64,000 bases of DNA from Spirochaetota bacterium (GTDB lineage: Bacteria > Spirochaetota > UBA4802 > UBA5550), in contig CAXXHB010000003.1 of the NCBI GenBank assembly GCA_963664815.2, forward strand, positions 4,064,001 through 4,128,000. The letters are read 5' to 3'. The position numbers and the translations under genes are program-made. Below, one piece after another: positions 8,871 to 19,728 of this stretch; the stretch's first letter is position 1; each line of letters starts with the position of its first letter. The notes below the pieces were generated by a model that was not told where the DNA came from, made no database searches, and worked only from the letters and a program-made list of their open reading frames with translations.

Positions 8871-11800
8871 TAGTAAATCTCCTGTAGCTGTTCTTCTTCT
8901 CTTATTGCTTTCAGCTTTTCATCAATCAGTGCTGTTTTCATCTCATTAAGCGCACGCTTATATTCAAGAGGCAGTACCCTGACAAACTTTGGCAGATATT
9001 CATACCACCTATTGATAATATCTCTTGCCAATATACTCTCCGTATAATGTATATGCTTTTTCAACATATCAATTATAAGTTCCTGGTCATCGAAATCCCT
9101 GATCTGAGATAACTCCACCATCCCTTTATTACAAAAATACTCAAAATCTCCATCCATATCAAGAACATAGGCAATTCCGCCGCTCATACCTGCCGCAAAA
9201 TTTCTTCCCACTTTCCCAAGAACCAGAATCCTCCCTCCGGTCATATACTCTGCACAATGATCTCCAGTACCCTCAACTACGGCATAAACACCACTGTTCC
9301 TTACACAAAATCTCTCTCCTGCAATTCCCCGTATATATGCCTCACCGGACGTCCCTCCGTAGAGAACTGTATTGCCTACAATTATATTCTCACTCGCGTT
9401 AAAGGATGATTTTTTAGGGGGTAATACAATTAACTTTCCGCCGGAAAGTCCTTTTCCGAAGTAATCATTTGCATCACCCTCCAGCCTGAAGGTTACACCC
9501 TTTGCCAGAAAAATTCCAAAGCTCTGGCCCGCACTTCCATGAAATGTACAATTTACAGAATCGTCCGCCAGCCCCGTTTCTCCACATTTTCTGGATATCT
9601 CATACGATAACATCGCTCCAACCGAACGGTCTGTATTGTGTATAGGCATCTCAATATATGCATTTACTTCTCTTCCTGCATCAAGTGACGGTTTTATTCT
9701 TTCCAATAGTCTCCTGTCGAGAACATGCTCAATTTTATGATGTTGATCTTTCACACAACGTGTTGCATATTTTAAAGATTCTTCCGGTCTGAAAAGAATC
9801 CCTGAAGAGTCTACATACTTCGCTTTCCAGTGATCTATATCTCTTCTTTTAAGCAGATCTGTTCTCCCTACAAGATCCTCAAATTTTTTTACTCCCAACC
9901 CAGCCATAATCTCCCTTGTTTCCTGGGCCATAAAACGAAAATAGTTTATAAGATATTCCGGTTTTCCATTAAATCTTTTTTTTAATTCGGGATCCTGAGT
10001 CGCAATACCCACAGGGCATGTATTAAGGTGACATTTTCTCATCATCACACATCCAAGAACTATTAGTGCACCTGTACCAAATCCAAACTCTTCAGCACCT
10101 AGAATTCCGGCAATTACAATATCACGACCTGTTTTAAGCTGCCCGTCTGTCTGAAGCCTGACCCTTCCCCTGAGATCATTTCTTACAAGAGTCTGATGTG
10201 TTTCCGCCAGCCCTATTTCCCAAGGGATCCCTGCGTGTTTGATCGAACTGATTGGGCTTGCTCCTGTTCCACCGTCATATCCGCTTATAAGTATGTTGTC
10301 CGCATGAGCTTTAGCTACACCCGATGCTACAGTTCCTACGCCGGATTCCGATACCAGTTTAACGCTTATCCGCGCCATTGGGTTTGCACTCTTCAGGTCA
10401 AATATCAATTGCGCAAGATCCTCAATTGAATATATGTCATGATGGGGTGGCGGAGAAATTAAAGTAACACCTGGAGTTGAATGCCTTGTTTTTGCAATGA
10501 TCTGGTCAACCTTATGCCCAGGCAGCTGGCCACCCTCACCCGGCTTTGCCCCCTGTGAAATTTTTATCTGTATTTCGTCAGCATTGGCCAGATAATTGCT
10601 GGTTACACCAAATCTTCCGGATGCTACCTGTTTTATAGAACTTCTTGCTGAGGTCCCGTCCGGCATTTTTATAAACCGTTCAGGATCCTCTCCTCCTTCT
10701 CCGCAATTGCTCCTTCCGTGTATTGAGTTCATTGCTATAGCAATAGCTTCATGAGCATCTCTGCTTATTGAACCGAAAGACATAGCCCCTGTAGTCAACC
10801 TCTTCATTATTTCAACTTCCGTTTCAACATCATCAAGTGGGATTGCCCTTGAAGGATTAAAATCAAAAAGCCCCCTGATACAATGTGGTTTTCTGTTCTG
10901 TTCATCAACAATCGCAGTAAACTCTTTATATTTCTCATAATCATTGGTCCGTGTAGCCCACTGGATCATGAAGATCGTCTCCGGATTCCATGCATGTTTT
11001 TCCCCACCTTTCCTGTAACTATAAACTCCGTCAGATTCAGGAAATTTTATCTCTTCAACGTATGCCTTGTTATACCGCATTAAGCATTCAACGGCAATCA
11101 TGTTGGCTCCAATACCCGATATCTTAGTCGGAGTACCGGTGAAATATTTATTTATGATATCTTCGGATAATCCCACTGCTTCAAATACCTGCGCACCACG
11201 ATAACTTCTTATTGTAGATGTTCCCATTTTTGACAGAATCTTCAAAAGACCCTTATTCAATGATTTTATATAATTCCCTTCACTTTCATCATAGCCTCCG
11301 GGCATATTTATTCTTCTGCTCTTTACAAGTTCACTAATTGTTGCAAAAGCAACATACGGATTAACAGCATCAGCACCATAACCCAGGAGAAGAGCAAAAT
11401 GCATAACCTCTCTAGCTTCACCTGTCTCTATAATTATTCCGGTTCTTGTCCTCTTTTTAACTCTGATCAGATGATGGTGAACAGCTGCGCATACGAGTAG
11501 CGAGGGAATGGCCATTTTATTCTTATCTGCTTTTCTGTCTGAAATTATTATTATATTAAATCCGGCATCAACAGACTTCTCCGCTTCAATACAAATCTCA
11601 TCAATCCTGCTTTCAAGCAAACCATCTTTTTTTTCTGCAGGAAACACCGAGTTGATTATTACTGTTTTAAATGCGGGATTTTCTCCCAGATAAACTTTTG
11701 CTGTTTCTTTATTGGAAAATATCGGGGAAAAAGTCTTGATCAGCTTGCAATGTTCCGGAGTCTCCTCAAGAAGATTTTTTCTAGGACCAATATAGCCAGT

Positions 11801-13414
11801 TAGGCTCATAACAAGTTCTTCCCGTATTGAATCTATTGCGGGGTTTGTAACCTGAGCAAAAACCTGTTTAAAATAATTGAAAAGAGTCTGGGGTTTATCA
11901 GAGAAAACCGCAAGCGGAGTATCAGTACCCATAGAACCTACAGGTTCCTGGGCATTCACTGCCATCGGGATTATTATATCTTCGATATCCTCACGACTAT
12001 ATCCAAAGCTTACCCTCAGTTTATGGAGTTTCTCCTTTTCAATTTCAACTGAAACATCTTCCGGATCAGGTATATCATCAAGCACAATTCTGTTATTTTC
12101 AACCCACTCCCGGTATGGCTTGCTATGGGCTATCTTCTTTTTCACTTCACTATCAGGAATTATTCTTCCTTCTACAGTATCAACCAGAAGCATTTTGCCC
12201 GGCATAAGTCTCCCTTTTAATTTTATATCTTCTGGCAAAAAATTCTGTACCCCGACCTCTGATCCCATTACTATCATACCGTCTTTAGTTACAACATATC
12301 TTGAGGGCCTTAAACCATTTCTATCCAGCGTACCACCGATATACCTGCCATCACAAAACACCATCGAAGCCGGGCCATCCCAAGCCTCCATGAATGTGGA
12401 GTGATACTCATAGAAATATTTAAGGTAATCAGGAATAGGATTCTTGTCATTCCACGATTCAGGAATCATCATCATCAGGGCATGTGGTATCGATCTCCCG
12501 GCTGCGACAAGAAGTTCAACAACATTGTCAAATGATGCGGAATCGCTCTTACCCGGTTCAATAACCGGAAATATCTTTTCCAGGTCGTCACCTAAAATTT
12601 CAGATCTGAAGTCGGATTCCCGCGCCTGCATCCAGAACCTGTTCCCTTTTATTGTATTAATCTCCCCATTATGTGCCATTATCCTGAAAGGTTGAGCAAG
12701 ATCCCATGATGGAAATGTATTTGTGCTGAACCTTGAATGAACAAGCGCCAAAGCACTCTCAATCCCGTCATTATATAAATCTTTATAATAACCCCCTACC
12801 TGACCAGGCATAAGCATCCCTTTATAAACAATTGTTTTTGTTGAAAGGGATGGTATATGAAAAAGATATTTTTCTCTTATCGATGATTCTCTCACCAGCC
12901 TCTCTGTTACTTTTCTTGCAATGAAAAGTTTAAGCTCAAGATTTATATTTTTCCCTGCCTCTCTACCGATGAATACCTGTTTAATTACAGGTTCCGATTT
13001 TCTGGCAATTTCTCCTATGACACTGCTGTCAACAGAAATATCTCTCCATAAAATGATGTTCAAACCTTCATCTGCCAGTGATTTTTCAAAAACTGCTTTG
13101 CATATCTTTCGGTCACTCTCATCTGCAGGAAAAAAAACAAGCCCTGTGCCATAATCTCCCGCACCTGGAAGCTCTTTAATCTCATTAGCATAAAAAGAAT
13201 GGGGAATCTGAATCATGATACCCGAACCATCGCCAGTTTTGTTATCAGCACCCTCTGCACCGCGGTGTGTCATCCTTTCAAGAACCTCAAGCCCTCTTTT
13301 AATTATATCGTGAGATTTTTCACCATTTATATTCGCCACAAAACCTATACCACATGAATCATGTTCATTGGCAGGATCATAAAGGCCGCTTTTTTCAAAT
13401 CTGTTATAATTCAT
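8870..13414 (-). CDS. gltB: Glutamate synthase large subunit
   Basis: EHDSCGIGF (catalytic Cys), HSRFSTNT, AHNGEINT, IKQVASGRFGV, GAKPGEGGQLPG, CVMMRKCHLNTC; GGAG SD favours ATG 13414. Confidence 0.98.
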   Translation of the reverse strand: MNYNRFEKSGLYDPANEHDSCGIGFVANINGEKSHDIIKRGLEVLERMTHRGAEGADNKTGDGSGIMIQIPHSFYANEIKELPGAGDYGTGLVFFPADESDRKICKAVFEKSLADEGLNIILWRDISVDSSVIGEIARKSEPVIKQVFIGREAGKNINLELKLFIARKVTERLVRESSIREKYLFHIPSLSTKTIVYKGMLMPGQVGGYYKDLYNDGIESALALVHSRFSTNTFPSWDLAQPFRIMAHNGEINTIKGNRFWMQARESDFRSEILGDDLEKIFPVIEPGKSDSASFDNVVELLVAAGRSIPHALMMMIPESWNDKNPIPDYLKYFYEYHSTFMEAWDGPASMVFCDGRYIGGTLDRNGLRPSRYVVTKDGMIVMGSEVGVQNFLPEDIKLKGRLMPGKMLLVDTVEGRIIPDSEVKKKIAHSKPYREWVENNRIVLDDIPDPEDVSVEIEKEKLHKLRVSFGYSREDIEDIIIPMAVNAQEPVGSMGTDTPLAVFSDKPQTLFNYFKQVFAQVTNPAIDSIREELVMSLTGYIGPRKNLLEETPEHCKLIKTFSPIFSNKETAKVYLGENPAFKTVIINSVFPAEKKDGLLESRIDEICIEAEKSVDAGFNIIIISDRKADKNKMAIPSLLVCAAVHHHLIRVKKRTRTGIIIETGEAREVMHFALLLGYGADAVNPYVAFATISELVKSRRINMPGGYDESEGNYIKSLNKGLLKILSKMGTSTIRSYRGAQVFEAVGLSEDIINKYFTGTPTKISGIGANMIAVECLMRYNKAYVEEIKFPESDGVYSYRKGGEKHAWNPETIFMIQWATRTNDYEKYKEFTAIVDEQNRKPHCIRGLFDFNPSRAIPLDDVETEVEIMKRLTTGAMSFGSISRDAHEAIAIAMNSIHGRSNCGEGGEDPERFIKMPDGTSARSSIKQVASGRFGVTSNYLANADEIQIKISQGAKPGEGGQLPGHKVDQIIAKTRHSTPGVTLISPPPHHDIYSIEDLAQLIFDLKSANPMARISVKLVSESGVGTVASGVAKAHADNILISGYDGGTGASPISSIKHAGIPWEIGLAETHQTLVRNDLRGRVRLQTDGQLKTGRDIVIAGILGAEEFGFGTGALIVLGCVMMRKCHLNTCPVGIATQDPELKKRFNGKPEYLINYFRFMAQETREIMAGLGVKKFEDLVGRTDLLKRRDIDHWKAKYVDSSGILFRPEESLKYATRCVKDQHHKIEHVLDRRLLERIKPSLDAGREVNAYIEMPIHNTDRSVGAMLSYEISRKCGETGLADDSVNCTFHGSAGQSFGIFLAKGVTFRLEGDANDYFGKGLSGGKLIVLPPKKSSFNASENIIVGNTVLYGGTSGEAYIRGIAGERFCVRNSGVYAVVEGTGDHCAEYMTGGRILVLGKVGRNFAAGMSGGIAYVLDMDGDFEYFCNKGMVELSQIRDFDDQELIIDMLKKHIHYTESILARDIINRWYEYLPKFVRVLPLEYKRALNEMKTALIDEKLKAIREEEQLQEIY

Positions 13415-14132
13415 TTCATGACTCCGAAAAATTTTTCTAAACATATAGATTTATTAATATAATTTAATATACCTGTTAATAATAAAAACGTGTCCTCTCA
13501 ATCAATTAAAAAAGGTTAAATGGTGTTACATTTTTGTTAAAATCTGATATATACAACATTATATGATGTTTTATAAATATTTTCTTCTCTCAAATTACCT
13601 TTACTTCACCTGTATCAAATCATTATTAATACAATAATGTAAAAGCATGCTATTTCGATTTAATAACTGTATTTTAGTTTATCTAACATTTCCCATTATT
13701 AATAAAAAACAGATTTAACAGCCATAACTGATAACCTGTTATTTAATAAATTATCCACATGGAAGATTCTGAAATTTATAAATTTCGCCGGCATATCCCA
13801 GTTTTTTCGGTTTAACTTGTATAATATAACCACATTAAAGACAATCAGGTAAAAAATCTTCAAAGTTCACTATTCATCCATCAACCCAAGAGTCATAGAT
13901 AGCATTTATTAATAATGCCTGTAATCTCCCCAGAATGATAGTCAATACAAGCCTAATAATTACACCACTTACCCCATGTACCACAATAAAAGGTTATTTA
14001 AATCAAAAAAAAATATTATTGATATAAATATATATCCGGATAAATAATAATCATAAATTGAATGAACTCTTACTCTCTCTGCCTTTTTTCTCTTTGCAGA
14101 TATAAATTGAAAAATAATAAAGAGGTCTTCCC

Positions 14133-15002
14133 ATGAATGATATACAGCCTTTAATAAAATCGTGCAACATTGAAAATGTTTCAATTGAATATCTGCATTA
14201 CCCATCTGATGGACCAGACATGATTTTAATGCATGCCACCGGCTTTCTTCCATGGTTGTGGCATCCTATTGCAAGATCACTCATCGGTCTATATAATATT
14301 TTTATTCCTTATTTCTGTAGTCACAGATATGCCGAACCTGAAGATGGAGGTCTCGGATGGAATATACTTGCAGATGATCTGTATAAATTCTGCAGTAACC
14401 TGAAACTGAAATCCCCTTTTGCAGTCGGGCACTCAATGGGAGGAACTGTGATAACGCTTTGTGCCGGTTCACACAAAATTGCGCCATCCGGAATTATCCT
14501 TATAGAACCTATATTCCTTCCTGAAACAAGCTATAGCACAAAAATCACAGTGGAACAGCATCCTCTCGCTTCAAAATCAATAAATAGACGCAGTGAATGG
14601 GGCAGCCTCGAGGAGGCTTTGTCATATCTAAAAAAAAGAAAACTCTTCAGCAGATGGGATGAGGAAATACTTGATCTCTATCTGAAGTACGGAATGATAG
14701 TTAACAACAGCGGCGGACTGACCCTCGCATGTTCACCCAGAAGAGAGGCTTCTCTTTTTATGGGGGGAAACTCGATAAACCCCTGGCCTTTACTTGGTGA
14801 AATCAAATGCCCTTTGCTCGTTGTTGAAGGTGAAATCAGTGAAAATAAATTATTTATCGATCTCAAAAAAGCTGCATCTCTCTTTCCGGATGGAACTTAT
14901 CTTGAAGTAAAAAACGCCGGGCATCTTATTCCAATGGAACAGCCTCACATCATTGCGCATCTTATAGGTGATTTCTTTTCTAAAATTAATAAACCATCTT
15001 AA
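14133..15002 (+). CDS. Alpha/beta-fold hydrolase
   Basis: HATG oxyanion motif, GHSMGG nucleophile elbow, C-terminal AGHLIPME. Confidence 0.88.
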   Translation: MNDIQPLIKSCNIENVSIEYLHYPSDGPDMILMHATGFLPWLWHPIARSLIGLYNIFIPYFCSHRYAEPEDGGLGWNILADDLYKFCSNLKLKSPFAVGHSMGGTVITLCAGSHKIAPSGIILIEPIFLPETSYSTKITVEQHPLASKSINRRSEWGSLEEALSYLKKRKLFSRWDEEILDLYLKYGMIVNNSGGLTLACSPRREASLFMGGNSINPWPLLGEIKCPLLVVEGEISENKLFIDLKKAASLFPDGTYLEVKNAGHLIPMEQPHIIAHLIGDFFSKINKPS

Positions 15003-15123
15003 TTAAATTGACATCCGGACTATTAAACTTCTTATAAATTACTTTAGGGATTTTAAAAAACAGATTTAATCCAGCATCCCCGGAATATTTTATTATTTCA
15101 ATATAATTAAGGGAGATTTAAAT

Positions 15124-15708
15124 ATGCCGTTAATTACAATGCTTAAACAAATGCTTCCCGGGCTTCTTCCGCTATTTATATTTATAATAGCTGATGAAAT
15201 ATGGGGAACTGAAACCGGTCTTTACATTGCAGTAGTATTCGGTCTTGGTGAACTTTTAGTCACAAGAATAAAAAATGGTGTATATGATAAATTTATAATA
15301 TTTGACACAACTTTTTTAGTAATTCTTGGTCTGGTATCTATAATCCTTGAAAATGATATATTTTTCAAACTTAAACCTGCATTGATTGAAGCAATACTAT
15401 GTGTTATTCTTGCAATATCCGCTTTTTCACCCGCTAATCTTCTTCTTGTCATGTCACAAAGATATATGAAAAATGTTGATATTATGTTAACCGACGCCGG
15501 TTTAAATGCCATGAAACATATGATTAAAATTATTCTTTTCATTCTTGTGCTACATACGGCTCTTACAGTTTATTCAGCATTCTATATGTCCAAGGAAGCA
15601 TGGCTTTTTATAAGCGGGGGATTATTTTACATCATTTTCGCATCAATGTTTCTTGGTCAGATTCTTTACTACAAAATAAAATTGTGGATTAATAGCCTTC
15701 ATAAATAA
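15124..15708 (+). CDS. YciB/IspZ (intracellular septation protein A)-like membrane protein
   Basis: Multi-TM protein with PLFIF and ENDIFFKLKPALIE motifs. Confidence 0.65.
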   Translation: MPLITMLKQMLPGLLPLFIFIIADEIWGTETGLYIAVVFGLGELLVTRIKNGVYDKFIIFDTTFLVILGLVSIILENDIFFKLKPALIEAILCVILAISAFSPANLLLVMSQRYMKNVDIMLTDAGLNAMKHMIKIILFILVLHTALTVYSAFYMSKEAWLFISGGLFYIIFASMFLGQILYYKIKLWINSLHK

Positions 15709-15868
15709 TATATTAATAAAGGCTATTTCATAATATTTAATTCAAACAACATCTGTCTATGCTGGTCTTTCAGAACTGGTAAAAATAAACATCTTCTCGT
15801 AATTAGACTGAACAAATGGTTGAAAAATCAATATTCACTAATTATTCCAATGTTACTATTAAAGACAA

Positions 15869-17821
15869 TTATGATTCATCTTCAGCAAGTGTTATGAGCC
15901 AGTCACTTTCGCTCAGAGTGAAGGTTTTATCTTTAGGAGGATTAACATATATACCAAAATTTTTTTCAATAACCAACTCTTCATTTTTCAACCGCACTCC
16001 GAAACATGTTTCATTTCTATTTAAAGCTGCTGCACATAGTTCGCCAAAGCTGATCTGGGGTGGAATTTCGGAAAGGAACATAGACACCAGTTTAATATAA
16101 ACCTCACTACCCTCTTCCGAAAAAAGATCATCATAAATTGTCAGAACATCCGGTTCCTCTGACACCTGCGCGTAAATCTTTGACACAAACTGATTGGATA
16201 TCAGAAAATCCTTTACTCCCGCCTCCTGTATTACTTCAATGTTTTCTGAATCTGCAACCTCGGTAATCAATTGAGTCCTAATCTCTTTTTTCATTGTTGT
16301 TTTAAAATAACTTCTGAATTCGAGAAGTTTTGCAATTGTATCGGAATCGCGAAGCTCAGAATTTCCTCCATCAGCTGAAAGAATAATAACATTGTCATAC
16401 ACTTCCGGCTTGAGTTTCGCAATTGTCGACGGATTATGAAGGTCTCCCACAAGCATCCTCATTCTTATGCTGTTGTGCGACTTTTGTGCTAAATTGAATT
16501 CCTGCTTCATCTCTTCAGATATCTCCGGAACAACAACATCTATTTTTGATCCATTTGCAAGATAATTGCTATATTCAGCGAGAATAGAGGAGGCCTTACG
16601 GCTCCATCCGACTAACAGCTGATTTTCAAGAGTTTTCGGATGAGGAACAGGAGCTTTACATTGAGGAATGGTGATTTCAAGCTTTTGCGCAAGAAATTTT
16701 ATTGCTGAATCATCTTCTGCAATTATAATTGCTTCATCATCTCCTTTAAAAACACTGCCTGAAGGAGGGTTAAGCTCAATTGTTCCATCACTCTTTCTTA
16801 TTCCAAGGACGCAACTGTCTGCAAAATGAAACATAATATCGCTATATCGCAGTCCAGCAAATCCTCTATCCGGTTTGTAAAAATAAAACTCGCATCCCTC
16901 AAATCCAACAAGATTATCATATACCTGAGCAAGCCCAGACACTCTCGAAGTCTGAACCATAAGTTTTGCCAGAATTGAATGTTCGTCTATCAGAGATACG
17001 TTTTTTGAAGATATATTTTTTGCAAGCTTACGCATGTTTTCGAGATGGATCTCTGCTATAACCGGCGGAATTTTATCTTCACCGGTACAGGATATCATTG
17101 CCAGAATAGTTTTAAGAACTCTCGCGTCGGCAAGAGATTTTTCCTCATGAGTATTATCAACAGCTGCATCACTAAGAATTATCACTGACTTAGCAGTGTT
17201 CACTCCTACTCTCTTAAGCATATTAATACTTGAAGTAGATCCGGATCTGGCTACTATTCTTGTATTTTTAAAATCAGAAATTCTGTCCCGAAAGTAATCA
17301 TCCATTTCATCTTTTTCTTTCTCCGCAAGAACCACTACAACCGGTTTCTTTTCCGATTCATTTGCGATTATAAGCTCCCTTATTATTTCGAGGGCACGGT
17401 CTCCAAAACCAAGAATAAGGGTATGATTTTTCTCAACTACATTACTTTTCCCTTTTCGAAGTTCAGCAAGTTTTGCTTCAAACTGACTTGTAATAAAAGC
17501 GACTAAGCTTGAAAAAAGAATCAGACCGGAAAAAACTGTAATAATTCCCGTTATTTTATTTAAAACATTCCCGTTTGTATCTTCAGCAATAGCACCCGCA
17601 TCTGATATCTGAAGGAAAACCTGCCAGAACTGATTAAGAACACCAGTGAGATTTTCCTGGGGTGTAATGATATTTACGATAAATCTCACAAAGGCCATAA
17701 GAATAAATGCACCAACGAATAAAAGTATAAGTGCAAAGAAAACTGAAACTCCCCCTTTCGACATAAAGTTATCAAAAGAATATTTTAGCCTTGCCTTTAT
17801 ACTGTAATCTATTGAGAACAT
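15869..17821 (-). CDS. CASTOR/POLLUX/DMI1-related ion channel with RCK-like domains
   Basis: RLKYSFDNFMSKG, TM-pore(QISDAG)-TM, LRKGKSNVVEKNHTLILG, YDDLFSEEGSEVYIK, GIYVNPPK. Confidence 0.8.
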   Translation of the reverse strand: MFSIDYSIKARLKYSFDNFMSKGGVSVFFALILLFVGAFILMAFVRFIVNIITPQENLTGVLNQFWQVFLQISDAGAIAEDTNGNVLNKITGIITVFSGLILFSSLVAFITSQFEAKLAELRKGKSNVVEKNHTLILGFGDRALEIIRELIIANESEKKPVVVVLAEKEKDEMDDYFRDRISDFKNTRIVARSGSTSSINMLKRVGVNTAKSVIILSDAAVDNTHEEKSLADARVLKTILAMISCTGEDKIPPVIAEIHLENMRKLAKNISSKNVSLIDEHSILAKLMVQTSRVSGLAQVYDNLVGFEGCEFYFYKPDRGFAGLRYSDIMFHFADSCVLGIRKSDGTIELNPPSGSVFKGDDEAIIIAEDDSAIKFLAQKLEITIPQCKAPVPHPKTLENQLLVGWSRKASSILAEYSNYLANGSKIDVVVPEISEEMKQEFNLAQKSHNSIRMRMLVGDLHNPSTIAKLKPEVYDNVIILSADGGNSELRDSDTIAKLLEFRSYFKTTMKKEIRTQLITEVADSENIEVIQEAGVKDFLISNQFVSKIYAQVSEEPDVLTIYDDLFSEEGSEVYIKLVSMFLSEIPPQISFGELCAAALNRNETCFGVRLKNEELVIEKNFGIYVNPPKDKTFTLSESDWLITLAEDES

Positions 17822-18084
17822 AAATATACCTCTCTAATATTCAACTATCAGTTCTTGAGTATTTTAACACTATAGCTATAATAGTCGCCTATATCATTAT
17901 TTAATGAATTAAAAACAGTAAAATTTATCTGATTGTTCAGATCACATCATAGTCTTTGTGTAAAATAATATCCAATAATCAGGATAAAGACTATTCTTTG
18001 TTGATTTATTCATTGAAATATTCTTATTATCATCGTCTAATTGCATATTAAGAAAATTTTTTTGAAATTAAAGGATTATAACTT

Positions 18085-18330
18085 TTGAAAGTAACAGAAT
18101 ACCTTGACAGAATGATTAACGACCTTGAGAAATCGAAAACACCGGCAGAATATATAATAATGGGTAAAAAATATTTTTACGAATGGATAATAGAACTAAC
18201 CCGCTCCGGGGACATCACTTTTAATAAAAATAAAAAAAAATACAAATTCACTCACAGAGAAATAAAAATAGTCCTTTGCGAAAGCGAGATACTTGAAGTT
18301 GTTCCCAACTCCAAATATCTTCTGGATTGA
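18085..18330 (+). CDS. Small hypothetical protein (81 aa)
   Basis: TTG start with AAGGA SD; fills the gap and converges on nfnB. Confidence 0.55.
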   Translation: MKVTEYLDRMINDLEKSKTPAEYIIMGKKYFYEWIIELTRSGDITFNKNKKKYKFTHREIKIVLCESEILEVVPNSKYLLD

Positions 18331-18333
18331 TTT

Positions 18334-19728
18334 TTACCAATTACCGCTATTCAGGTATTCAATCATACCCTTTGCAGCTTTTTTCCCAGCGCCCATTGCC
18401 TCAATTACTGTGGCCGCTCCGGTGACGATGTCGCCACCTGCAAAAACACCTTTTACTGAAGTTTTCATTGTTTCACTGTCAGCAATAATATTCCCCCATT
18501 TGTTGCATTTAAGATCTGGAGCTGTCTTCTGTAGAATAGGATTTGATCCATTCCCTATTGCGACTATCGCAGCATCAATTTTTATTATAAACTCGGAACC
18601 TTTAACTTCCACTGGTCTTTTTCTGCCTGATTCATCAGGTGTGCCAAGTTCCATTTTAACACACTCAACACCACATAGACGCCCTTGATCATTCCCTATG
18701 AGCCTCACCGGGTTTGAAAGCAGATCAAAAATTACACCCTCTTCCTCGGCATGATGAGCCTCCTCATGTCTTGCAGGCATTTCCTCTCTTGATCTTCTGT
18801 ATATCAAATGAACATCTTTACATCCAAGACGTATAGCGGTTCTTGCAGAATCCATAGCTACGTTTCCAGCTCCAAAAACAGCCATGCTCTCTCCTCTTAT
18901 AACAGGAGTGTCGTATTCGGGAAATTTATACGCCTTCATCAGGTTTACCCGGGTCAAATATTCATTAGCAGAATAGACTCCCTGCAGATCTTCGCCTGGT
19001 ATATTTAAAAATGTCGGAAGACCCGCACCGGTTGCCACAAAAGAGACATCAAATCTTTTCATTATATCGCCAAGGCTTTCAGAAAGACCAACAACCCTGT
19101 TTGTAATAAATTCAACCCCCAAAGCAGCAAGCGCATCAATTTCATAACTTACGATTTTTTTAGGAAGACGGAACTCAGGTATTCCATACACCAGAACTCC
19201 TCCGGGTGTATGCAGCGCTTCAAATACTGTTACACTGTAGCCTGCACCGGCGAGTTCACCGGCAACAGTAAGACCGGCTGGTCCGGAACCTATAATTGCC
19301 ACCTTTTTATTTTTTCTGGCACCTGCGGCAATTACCGGTAAATGTTCCTTTTCCCTTTCATAATCAGCGACAAAACCTTCGAGTTTTCCTATAGCAACCG
19401 GTTCAAATTTCTTACCAAGAATGCATTTTGCTTCACACTGCGACTCCTGAGGGCAGACCCTTCCACATACTGCTGGAAGTGAACTTGATTCCTTGATTAC
19501 TTTTATTGCACCAATAAAATTTTTTTCTGATATCTCTTTTATAAACGCCGGAATATTTATATTAACCGGGCATCCCTCAACACATAATGGCTTCTTACAT
19601 TGGAGGCATCTGCCTGCTTCAATCACTGCAGTCTCAGGAGTATATCCCAGAGGGACTTCACTAAAGTTTTTTATTCTATCTTCCGGTTTCTGTTCCGGCA
19701 TTTTCTGTCTTGGTGTTTTAGCATCCAT
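18334..19728 (-). CDS. nfnB: NfnB/SudA-like large subunit (often annotated homotetrameric glutamate synthase GltA)
   Basis: RCLQCKKPLCVEGCPV, GRVCPQESQCE, GSGPAGL, GAGNVAMD, GGDIVTGAATVI; overlaps an NfnA-like gene. Confidence 0.85.
   Translation of the reverse strand: MDAKTPRQKMPEQKPEDRIKNFSEVPLGYTPETAVIEAGRCLQCKKPLCVEGCPVNINIPAFIKEISEKNFIGAIKVIKESSSLPAVCGRVCPQESQCEAKCILGKKFEPVAIGKLEGFVADYEREKEHLPVIAAGARKNKKVAIIGSGPAGLTVAGELAGAGYSVTVFEALHTPGGVLVYGIPEFRLPKKIVSYEIDALAALGVEFITNRVVGLSESLGDIMKRFDVSFVATGAGLPTFLNIPGEDLQGVYSANEYLTRVNLMKAYKFPEYDTPVIRGESMAVFGAGNVAMDSARTAIRLGCKDVHLIYRRSREEMPARHEEAHHAEEEGVIFDLLSNPVRLIGNDQGRLCGVECVKMELGTPDESGRKRPVEVKGSEFIIKIDAAIVAIGNGSNPILQKTAPDLKCNKWGNIIADSETMKTSVKGVFAGGDIVTGAATVIEAMGAGKKAAKGMIEYLNSGNW

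Noticed and set aside
13751-13759. Perfect DnaA box TTATCCACA in the gltB/hydrolase spacer
   Set aside because: Single copy, with no box cluster or dnaA/dnaN nearby; not evidence for oriC
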